A DNA stretch of 22,216 nt from Fibrobacterales bacterium (GTDB taxonomy: Bacteria > Fibrobacterota > Fibrobacteria > Fibrobacterales > JAOPTW01), in the NCBI GenBank assembly GCA_051532035.1, contig JAOPTW010000068.1, positions 1 through 22,216 on the forward strand, given 5' to 3'. Made by a program: the position numbers and the translations under genes. How positions within the stretch are numbered: position 1 is the stretch's first letter; the number at the start of each line of letters is the position of its first letter. The notes beneath the pieces were generated by a model. That model did not search any database and was not told the origin of the DNA. It saw nothing but the letters and a program-made list of their open reading frames with translations. Of this stretch, positions 8,288 through 16,000 are shown in pieces.

Positions 8288-9483
8288 TGTACCCCCTGTT
8301 ATTCTCACTGTATCAACTGTGTGGATTACTAATACATGGACTTACTTGGTCACTTCAACTGAGCCCCTTTGGCAAAAAACATCTTCTTAAAGAACGACTC
8401 ACTCCTGCATTTCCTGCTCTCAAATCCACTATCTGGATTGTCGCCGCTTCTCTTGGTGAAGCGAAAGGCGCAATCAATCTCGCCGAAGAGCTCAGACTAT
8501 TAACAGACGCTACCCTCCTTATCACCACAACGTCTCACCATGCTCTCTTGTACTTGAGACAAGCCCCGCTCCCCTCTCAGACCTTTTGTGCTATCGCCCC
8601 CCTCGATTCCCCCCGTGCTCTAGCCACCTTTAAAAAAAAATGTACACCAATACTCATTTTACTTTATGAAGCTGAGTATTGGCCCCATATTCTTCACACC
8701 TTTCAGCATAGCCCTATACACCTTATTTCAGCAGCCATGCGTCAAAAGGTCCATACAAAACTACAGCGTCTTCATAGGGTACTCCACAGTATTGCCACTC
8801 GACACTTTAAGTCAATCAATTCAATCATCGCCCAAGATGCCCTACATGCCACACGTTACTCCCTCATTCACTCCAATGTGAAGACAGGGACTAATCTCAA
8901 AGTACTGTCTTTCACTCCTCCCAAAAACAGTGCACAATCAGAAAAAACAAAAAACGGCATTGCTCTCTGCTCTTTTCATATCAAAGAATGGCCTCTATTT
9001 ATCAAATCGGTCACCCTCTCTTCTGATCCCCTCTATATTGTCCCCCGAACCCTCTCTGAATTATCTGACTGGAAAAAAGAGCTCCAAAAAGAATTTGGTA
9101 ATTTTAGTCTCTTTCCTTACACTACAACCCCCGTCATTTTAGTTGAAACGTTTGGGGTGATGGATCAGGTGTTGGACCGCTGTGATAGAGCGGTTATAGG
9201 AGGAAGTTTCTCTCCAATTGGCATCCACAACATTTGGGAGCCCCTAGCTAAAGGGTGTACTCTTTTTTGTGGTCCCTATTATGAACTTCAAGAAGCTCTT
9301 ATCACCGAGCTTACTCATCTGGACCTCATTACTATTTTGACACCAAATAAACCTACAAACCTGCACTTTCAAAGCTCAGTCGATGCAATAAATGAGCTAT
9401 CAAATGTATATTTTGAAAAAACACAACGAACGCGTACACTCCTAACACAGGTAGTGACACCGCTCATTTCACCGATGGATTGA
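8287..9483 (+). CDS. waaA: 3-deoxy-D-manno-octulosonic acid (Kdo) transferase, divergent
   Basis: N-terminal membrane anchor, WIVAASLGE (cf. WxHAASVGE), LLITTTS, APLD, EAEYWP (cf. ETELWP), NLK, IVPR, ETFGVM and GGSFSPIGIHNIWEP (cf. GGSL..GGHN..EP). Confidence 0.85.
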   Translation: MYPLLFSLYQLCGLLIHGLTWSLQLSPFGKKHLLKERLTPAFPALKSTIWIVAASLGEAKGAINLAEELRLLTDATLLITTTSHHALLYLRQAPLPSQTFCAIAPLDSPRALATFKKKCTPILILLYEAEYWPHILHTFQHSPIHLISAAMRQKVHTKLQRLHRVLHSIATRHFKSINSIIAQDALHATRYSLIHSNVKTGTNLKVLSFTPPKNSAQSEKTKNGIALCSFHIKEWPLFIKSVTLSSDPLYIVPRTLSELSDWKKELQKEFGNFSLFPYTTTPVILVETFGVMDQVLDRCDRAVIGGSFSPIGIHNIWEPLAKGCTLFCGPYYELQEALITELTHLDLITILTPNKPTNLHFQSSVDAINELSNVYFEKTQRTRTLLTQVVTPLISPMD

Positions 9484-9485
9484 CT

Positions 9486-10415
9486 ATGGATATTATTTTA
9501 TCAAAACCTCGAGGTTTTTGTGCGGGTGTTGATCGCGCAATTCAAATTGTTGAAGAAGCTATTGCCGTCTATAAAACTCCTATCTATGTACGCCACGAGA
9601 TAGTCCACAATAAAAGTGTTGTTGACCGCCTCAAAGAGCTCGGAGCGATATTTGTCGAAGAGGTCAGTGAAGTCCCCGAAAACAGTACCGTTATTTTCTC
9701 AGCCCATGGCACCGCCACCTCGGTCTACAAAGACGCCGAAGAACGCAATCTCAGAATTCTTGATGCGGCATGCCCACTGGTAAAAAAGGTACACAAATCT
9801 GTCGTGCGTCACCACGCTAAAGAGATTACTGTAATATTAATTGGTCACTCAGGACACCCTGAAGTTGTAGGCACTACCGGTCAACTCCCGGATGGCCAAG
9901 TGACAATCGTTGGCTCTGTTGCCGATGTTGCAACACTCTCTTTTACTCAAGATCAACCATTGGCCTATACGACACAAACCACCCTCTCAGTTGATGAATC
10001 TATTGACATTATCACTGCACTGAAAAAAAGGTATCCACAAATTCAGGGTCCCGATAGTGGCGACCTTTGCTATGCCACAACCAATAGACAAGCCGCCATT
10101 AAAGAAATCTGTCAAGAAATTGATATTCTTCTTGTCGTAGGTGCAACAAACAGCTCTAACTCTAACAGACTCAGAGAACTCGGTGAAAAATTAGGCATAG
10201 ACTCCTACCTTATCGCCGATGAAATGGACCTCAACTTTGATTGGTTTGTGGCTAAAAAACAGATTGGTATCACCAGTGGTGCAAGCGCCCCTGAGTACAT
10301 CGTACAACAAGTTATAGAGCGCCTAAAATCCCATTGTACCATTGACTCAATATCAGAACGAGTTACCATGGAAGAGAAAGTAAAGTTTTCACTCCCGAGT
10401 GAATTAAAAAAATAG
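9486..10415 (+). CDS. ispH: 4-hydroxy-3-methylbut-2-enyl diphosphate reductase
   Basis: PRGFCAGVDRAI, HEIVHN, FSAHG, DAACPLV, GHPEV, TQTTLS, DLCYATTNRQ, SSNS and TSGASAPE; all three Fe-S Cys present. ATG 9486 is preferred to TTG 9480. Confidence 0.98.
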   Translation: MDIILSKPRGFCAGVDRAIQIVEEAIAVYKTPIYVRHEIVHNKSVVDRLKELGAIFVEEVSEVPENSTVIFSAHGTATSVYKDAEERNLRILDAACPLVKKVHKSVVRHHAKEITVILIGHSGHPEVVGTTGQLPDGQVTIVGSVADVATLSFTQDQPLAYTTQTTLSVDESIDIITALKKRYPQIQGPDSGDLCYATTNRQAAIKEICQEIDILLVVGATNSSNSNRLRELGEKLGIDSYLIADEMDLNFDWFVAKKQIGITSGASAPEYIVQQVIERLKSHCTIDSISERVTMEEKVKFSLPSELKK

Positions 10416-10457
10416 TGTACTATTGAAATCGAGATCATGCATTATTCTAGTGAGCCT

Positions 10458-11153
10458 CTAGGCCCCCTCACTTGTCTTCTCCGGATGTAATAATTCACTC
10501 CCCTCTCCGCTTTGAAAGTCTTTAACATAACTTTCTTCTTCAAGGGTCATAAGGCGCAATTCATTTGTCGCAATTATGAAATGCTCGCTATTGGGTATAT
10601 AAATCGTTTTATTGGCAATTTTAATAAACCCAAATTTTGAAAGAAGCTCAAGGGACGTTAAAACATTCTCTTCAGAAGTGCGCAAAAGCATTGCCATTTG
10701 AGCGACAATTTTTGGAACAAAGAGGTCCGCATCACTTTTCGCATAAAAACAGAGGAGCTGCGCAACACTCGCATCTATGTAATCATCAAGGTTTCGCTCT
10801 ACCCGCTCTATAACTCGCTCATGTCTTGATATTAAAGTGCGTGTGAGTCCAAAAACCCATGGTTCATACCCTTCAATGGCCACTTTAAACTCCTCTTTTG
10901 AGAGAACAAGAGCAACAACACTTTCAATTACGAGCACTGATGTCTGTCTGTGTGGCATATCAGCAAGTACGGATTCCCCAACAACCCCACCAACGCCAAT
11001 TACTCCAAAATCAATCTCGTGCTTCCCATCACTTCTAAATACATGTACCAGACCCTCTTTGAGAATATAGAGAAAATCACTCTCATCTCCAGTCTTATAG
11101 ATGTAGTCGCCTTTTTTGAATTTAAGGGTATTTTGAATCATCCTCATCCACAC
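10458..11153 (-). CDS. Crp/Fnr-family cyclic-nucleotide-binding protein with C-terminal HTH-like region
   Basis: FKKGDYIYKTGDESDFLYILKEGLV...GVVGE...R is a cNMP-binding domain. MAMLLRTSEENVLTSLELLSKFGFIKIANKTIYI resembles the Crp winged HTH. The start is uncertain (GTG 11153, or ATG 11147/11141). Confidence 0.8.
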   Translation of the reverse strand: MWMRMIQNTLKFKKGDYIYKTGDESDFLYILKEGLVHVFRSDGKHEIDFGVIGVGGVVGESVLADMPHRQTSVLVIESVVALVLSKEEFKVAIEGYEPWVFGLTRTLISRHERVIERVERNLDDYIDASVAQLLCFYAKSDADLFVPKIVAQMAMLLRTSEENVLTSLELLSKFGFIKIANKTIYIPNSEHFIIATNELRLMTLEEESYVKDFQSGEGSELLHPEKTSEGA

Positions 11154-11205
11154 TAGCTGATAATTTATTATTATCTATCTTTTCACAAAAAATTGGGTAA
11201 CTTCC

Positions 11206-12372
11206 ATGAAAGCAACTATGAAACTCCCCATACTCATACTGAGTATACTATTTCTCCTACTGGTGTCGCAACCATTATTTGCCGAGAACTCTCATTCAGA
11301 GATCAAAGAGCGTTATAAAATCTATATTCTTATTAAAAAGGGCAAAACAGCAGAAGCACTTGCTTACATTACAAACCACCCTCAAATCAACAACCTCACT
11401 TATAAAGGGCGAACGCCACTCATTTGGGCAATCCAAAATCAACAGCCCGAAATTGTCGAAGCCCTTGCCAAAACTGGAGTAAATGTTACTGCACATTACC
11501 GCGGCATACCTCCTCTTCTTTTTGCCCTCATCCGGGAACACTATAAGTCAGCAAAGGCACTCATCGATCACAATATCGCTCTGTGGGAATATGACAAAAG
11601 TGGTACAACACCTCTCATGCATGCCCTCACAGAAAACCGAAACGTTCTCGCGGCGAACATTTTATCACGAGACATATCGGGTATTCAACTTAACGACAAT
11701 ACGGGCCGCTCTGCACTTGATTGGGCTCTGATTAATAAAAACAACGCACAAGTTGCACTCCTCCTTAAGCATGGAGCCCAGATAGACCCCACCTCGAAGA
11801 CTCACTACTGGTTTAACTACCTTAAAAGGGGCTCTATCCCTCTTATCAAAAAACTTCTCGAACCAGTACCTTCAGTCAATATCATAGCTCAATCAGGAGA
11901 AACGCCCCTCACCCTTGCGGCCAAAATTGGTAACATCCCTCTCGCAAAAATTCTCATTGCAAAAAAAGCCGACCTCAACAAACCGAATCATTATGATAAA
12001 TACCCTCTGACCATTTCTATTAATGGACAACATAGACGCTTTAGCGCTCTACTTATAGAGAGTGGTGCTAATGTTAATGTACAGGATTCAGAAGGATGGA
12101 CACCCCTTATGCTCAGTAGTGCCCACTCATTTATGAGCCTTGTTGAGCAAATACTTAAGAAAGGCCCAGAGATTAATCTGCAGGATAACACCGGAAAAAC
12201 TGCCCTGCAATTTGCGTGTATGAATGGCTCTCCTGCCATAACAAAAAAAATCCTCGCCCATGGAGCCAGTCCATCAATTTCAGATAACGATGGGAACGAC
12301 TGTAAAGAGATTGCCATAGAAATGGGACATGCAGAGATCGTTCAACTGCTTAGGTCGAGCGGACATAACTAA
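11206..12372 (+). CDS. Exported ankyrin-repeat protein
   Basis: Signal peptide (MKLPILILSILFLLLVSQPLFA-E) and about 10 ankyrin repeats (GRTPLIWA, GIPPLLFA, GTTPLMHA, GRSALDWA, GETPLTLA, GWTPLMLS, GKTALQFA...). Confidence 0.92.
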   Translation: MKATMKLPILILSILFLLLVSQPLFAENSHSEIKERYKIYILIKKGKTAEALAYITNHPQINNLTYKGRTPLIWAIQNQQPEIVEALAKTGVNVTAHYRGIPPLLFALIREHYKSAKALIDHNIALWEYDKSGTTPLMHALTENRNVLAANILSRDISGIQLNDNTGRSALDWALINKNNAQVALLLKHGAQIDPTSKTHYWFNYLKRGSIPLIKKLLEPVPSVNIIAQSGETPLTLAAKIGNIPLAKILIAKKADLNKPNHYDKYPLTISINGQHRRFSALLIESGANVNVQDSEGWTPLMLSSAHSFMSLVEQILKKGPEINLQDNTGKTALQFACMNGSPAITKKILAHGASPSISDNDGNDCKEIAIEMGHAEIVQLLRSSGHN

Positions 12373-12391
12373 CAGGTACAACTAACCATTA

Positions 12392-12799
12392 TTACCCTTG
12401 GGGCAATGACGTTGTGCCAAGCACCTCTTTCACTGTTTCTTCAAGAACCTTTGCTACCAGTGGTTTCGTAAGGTAGGCTTCACACCCTCCTTGAAATGCA
12501 TTCAGTATGGTACGCTTATCTTCAATTCCCGAAAGCATAATAACCTTTACCCGATTACTTTTAATAACTCCATGGCGATACTCTAGCTCACGAATTTTTT
12601 TCAGCACTTGTTGACCATCAATCTCGGGCATCATAATATCAAGAATAACAACCATAAAAGGGCGCGCTGTAAACGATGCTTCAAAAAGGGCTATAGCATC
12701 GTGCCCTGATGTCGCAAGATCAGCCTCTCCATATTTCTTCATAATAGACTGTGCAACAGAACCGCACATTTTATCATCATCAACAATGAGTGTCCTCAT
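12392..12799 (-). CDS. Single-domain response regulator (CheY-like receiver)
   Basis: LIVDDD, ILDIMMPEIDG (phosphoacceptor Asp), IMLS, YLTKP; no output domain; upstream SD-like GAGGCGGGAG. Confidence 0.95.
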   Translation of the reverse strand: MRTLIVDDDKMCGSVAQSIMKKYGEADLATSGHDAIALFEASFTARPFMVVILDIMMPEIDGQQVLKKIRELEYRHGVIKSNRVKVIMLSGIEDKRTILNAFQGGCEAYLTKPLVAKVLEETVKEVLGTTSLPQG

Positions 12800-12863
12800 A
12801 GCTCTCCCGCCTCTATATAATCCATCTCTTCAACCTATACTTTAAAACAATTCAAAATACACC

Positions 12864-15401
12864 CTAAGACCTTATCTTCAAGGATACCACTTCAATCGCT
12901 CGTTCTATAGCTTCAAACACATTCTTTGGTAGAATAGGCTTCGTTACATAATCATCCATTCCAACAGCCAAGCAACGCTCTTTATCACCAGACATGGCGT
13001 GTGCGGTCATTGCAATAACCGGCACCCCTACACCAGCTGTATGAGCATGTAATTTTTCTGCAAATGTTACATCTATTCCATCAAGTTGGTCATACGCTCC
13101 ACTTTGACACGCCCTCAAATTTTTAGTCGCAGTAAACCCATCCATCTCAGGCATCTGGACATCCATCAGCACCACATCAAAAGAGCGTTCAGCCAGTAAC
13201 TCCAGCGCAATACGTCCATTAACAGCGGTAACCACACTATGCCCTTTTCCCAATAGAATGATCCGTGCTAACTCAAGGTTGACCGAATTATCTTCCACAA
13301 GTAAAATTGAACGAGCAGGATACTGATGTTCTTTATCTCCAGTTTCAACCTCTTTTTTCCGCGCATCCTCAAGCCCCAAGAGCCTAATAAATGCATCTTT
13401 CAAATCACTTTTAACGACTGGCTTCAGCACCTTTTCGGTTATACCAAAATCAGGATAATTCTTTGATTCCTCAACATTACCTAGACCAATAATAGCGATT
13501 GTTTTCTCAGGAATTGTAATATCATCTTTTTTAAACTGCTCAAAAATATCTGCACCGGAGTATTCTCCAATATTTACCTCAATCAAAGCAATATCATAGG
13601 AGCTACTTTTCAATACCTCACAAGCGGCCTTGTAGCTATCAACAATATTTACTGTAAAACCCCAATTGGTAATTATAGACTGCATTACTTTTGAGATGAT
13701 CGCCACATTTTCAATTATCAAAACCGTTAAAGTACCTGGGTCAACCTTGTCCGACTTTAAATCCTCTGTTTCATCTTTAGATGCTTCGACCCGTATGGTA
13801 AAATTAAATGAACTTCCCTCACCCAGTTCACTATCGACCCACATAGATCCACCCATCATACTACTGAGTTTTTTGGATATGGCAAGCCCAAGACCGGTAC
13901 CACCATAATTTCGTGATGTACTCGAATCAGCCTGAGTAAACTCTTCAAAAATGTGATCCAATTTATCCTTAGGAATTCCAATACCTGTATCGATAACTGA
14001 TATAATGATCGTTACCTTTTCTCGCTTTTTATCTTTAACCCGAATTTTTAGTCGTATATGTCCTTCTGCAGTAAACTTAATAGCATTACTGACAAGATTC
14101 GATATTACCTGACGAAGTCTTAGCGAGTCCCCTATCAATTTAGTTGGCACATCGGGCGCAATATCGAGTACTAAATCAATACCACTATCATAAGCTTTCG
14201 AAGCAAAGGTCTGTACAACAAGTTCCGTCACCTCATCAAGGTCAAATTCATTTTGCTCGAGATCTATCTGTTGTGCTTCAATTTTTGAGAAATCAAGTAT
14301 ATCATTGAGTAACTCAAGAAGAGTATCTGCCGATGATTTTACCGTTGTTAAATATTTCTTCTGCTCATTATTGAGATCGGTCTGCAGTGCAAGTCCTGTC
14401 ATACCAATGATTCCATTCATTGGGGTTCGAATCTCATGAGACATATTTGCCAAGAATGAACTCTTTGCCTTGCTCGCCTCTTCGGCCATATCCTTAAGAC
14501 GCTCAGCGTCTTTTACCGATTTTTCTAAATTGAATTTTGCAATCTGCATCTCGAATAGTGCTGCAGTCTTCTCTTTTTCAACCTCTTTAAGATGCGTAAT
14601 ATCAGTAGCAGAGATAGCAATACGGTGAGATGCACTCGTACTGTTCTTAAGTACTATGGCATTTTGCATCAGTATCACATTTGGGCTACCACTATTTTTG
14701 TACGTTACTTCCCGAGCTATAAAACCACCATTATCAATCATCTCTTGTTTAAACTGGTCAACGTTCTTTTTACTCACCGACAAAAATGGTATAAAGGACT
14801 GACCTATAAGTTCGTAGTCATTATACCCGCAAATAGAAGAGTAGTAGGTATTGATATACTCTATTTTTAAGTCCACATCAATAATTGCCACACCATAATT
14901 TGCAAAATCTGCAAGAGCCATAAATTTTTGAATCTCGCCCTGCATCTTTTTAGGTACCGAAACATCTCGCACCGTTGCAGTTAATACATCTTCACCATAT
15001 GAATTTTTAAAGAGTGAAATATGTGACTCATACCACACCATTCCTTCAACGGGGTTATCAAATCGATACTCTACTGCACCAACAGGCATCCCCTTTTGAC
15101 TCGTAAAAAACGCCTGCTCCAAAAAACCGATATCATCAACATGTACATGTTTTTTAAATGCTTCAAAAGACTGAGGAACACCTATCTGCGTAAACCCACA
15201 CATATTTTTTAAGGCATCACTCATATCAAACGTGTCAGTTGGTATAACCCACTTCCAATAGCCGACTTGCGCATTGCTCAAAATAGTTTCAAGAGATTGG
15301 TTTTTTTTGGATAAACTTTTTAAACTCCGGAAAGCCTTAAAGAGTACAACTGCCCCAATAACGAGCCCCCCTGCCAATACCCATAAAAGTTGTTCAGTCA
15401 T
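12864..15401 (-). CDS. Hybrid sensor histidine kinase (TM-PAS-PAS-HisKA-HATPase-pseudoREC-REC)
   Basis: One N-terminal TM and two PAS-like segments; H box FLANMSHEIRTPMNG, N box NLVSNAIKFT, G1 DTGIG, F box FEEFTQAD, G2 GGTGLGL; two receiver-like domains, the second intact (VEDN, LMDVQMPEMDG, TA, KP). Confidence 0.96.
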   Translation of the reverse strand: MTEQLLWVLAGGLVIGAVVLFKAFRSLKSLSKKNQSLETILSNAQVGYWKWVIPTDTFDMSDALKNMCGFTQIGVPQSFEAFKKHVHVDDIGFLEQAFFTSQKGMPVGAVEYRFDNPVEGMVWYESHISLFKNSYGEDVLTATVRDVSVPKKMQGEIQKFMALADFANYGVAIIDVDLKIEYINTYYSSICGYNDYELIGQSFIPFLSVSKKNVDQFKQEMIDNGGFIAREVTYKNSGSPNVILMQNAIVLKNSTSASHRIAISATDITHLKEVEKEKTAALFEMQIAKFNLEKSVKDAERLKDMAEEASKAKSSFLANMSHEIRTPMNGIIGMTGLALQTDLNNEQKKYLTTVKSSADTLLELLNDILDFSKIEAQQIDLEQNEFDLDEVTELVVQTFASKAYDSGIDLVLDIAPDVPTKLIGDSLRLRQVISNLVSNAIKFTAEGHIRLKIRVKDKKREKVTIIISVIDTGIGIPKDKLDHIFEEFTQADSSTSRNYGGTGLGLAISKKLSSMMGGSMWVDSELGEGSSFNFTIRVEASKDETEDLKSDKVDPGTLTVLIIENVAIISKVMQSIITNWGFTVNIVDSYKAACEVLKSSSYDIALIEVNIGEYSGADIFEQFKKDDITIPEKTIAIIGLGNVEESKNYPDFGITEKVLKPVVKSDLKDAFIRLLGLEDARKKEVETGDKEHQYPARSILLVEDNSVNLELARIILLGKGHSVVTAVNGRIALELLAERSFDVVLMDVQMPEMDGFTATKNLRACQSGAYDQLDGIDVTFAEKLHAHTAGVGVPVIAMTAHAMSGDKERCLAVGMDDYVTKPILPKNVFEAIERAIEVVSLKIRS

Positions 15402-15404
15402 TCA

Positions 15405-15737
15405 TTATACCAACTGCGAAAGGCCCTGTTGTAGATCGTGTAACAACGTATTCAACAAAGGATCATCCATACTCTCTTTCCCTTTTTCCTCCATCTGTGA
15501 TGCAACCCCGGCCCAACCCTCTTGCCCCAAATTAAGGAGTGCACCTTTCATTGAATGCGCCACCCTCACAAATGACTCACTATCGTGTTCTGCTAAACTT
15601 TTTTCAGCCAATCCTAGGTTTTCAGTGACTGACTTTTTTGTTGCATCGAGCATCATATCTATGTTCTCTTCGGGGAGGCCATATACATCTGCCAAATGCG
15701 TCCTGATAGATTCTGGTAAAACGGGCTCTAGACTCAT
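15405..15737 (-). CDS. Stand-alone histidine phosphotransfer (Hpt) protein
   Basis: AHSMKGALLNLG matches the Hpt HxxKG motif in a 110-aa helical protein; it ends 3 nt before the kinase ATG. Confidence 0.92.
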   Translation of the reverse strand: MSLEPVLPESIRTHLADVYGLPEENIDMMLDATKKSVTENLGLAEKSLAEHDSESFVRVAHSMKGALLNLGQEGWAGVASQMEEKGKESMDDPLLNTLLHDLQQGLSQLV

Positions 15738-15770
15738 ATATTCTCACAAATTGGAAACAGTGTAGCTCAC

Positions 15771-15803
15771 ATTATATTACTACAATAAAGAGAGCGAAAG
15801 CAA
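15771..15803 (-). promoter_or_regulatory. Possible sigma70 promoter of the Hpt-kinase-receiver operon
   Basis: Minus strand TTGCTT (15803-15798), 18 nt, TAATAT, overlapping a perfect TATAAT (15776-15771). Confidence 0.4.
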
Positions 15804-15906
15804 TAGAAAGAAGGTAACTCTTGAATTTTAGGCCTCAATATCTCAAACACCGCTGACCACTCATACTTTCACTCTAAATACTCAAAATTTTACCCACTTT
15901 TTCCAT

Positions 15907-15933
15907 TAAGGGGCCCTCTTCATTTCCCGATAG
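15907..15933 (+). promoter_or_regulatory. Sigma28 (FliA/SigD)-type promoter
   Basis: TAAG (15907-15910), 15 nt, CCCGATAG (15926-15933), versus consensus TAAA-N15-GCCGATAA. Confidence 0.6.
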
Positions 15934-16000
15934 ATATAATAGCCGTGCATGGTGCCGGTAGCTGAATGGAATTATGGGCCATTCAGAAAAGGGTGGGAAT

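Noticed and set aside
8632..8640. A9 tract in waaA (also A8 at 12243-12250 and T8 at 15301-15308) as phase-variation sites
   Set aside because: Frames are intact and such runs are expected in AT-rich DNA encoding Lys.
15738..16000. c-di-GMP riboswitch upstream of the HD-GYP gene
   Set aside because: No GEMM-type GGCAAAC...GAAA...GCAAAG pattern is visible.
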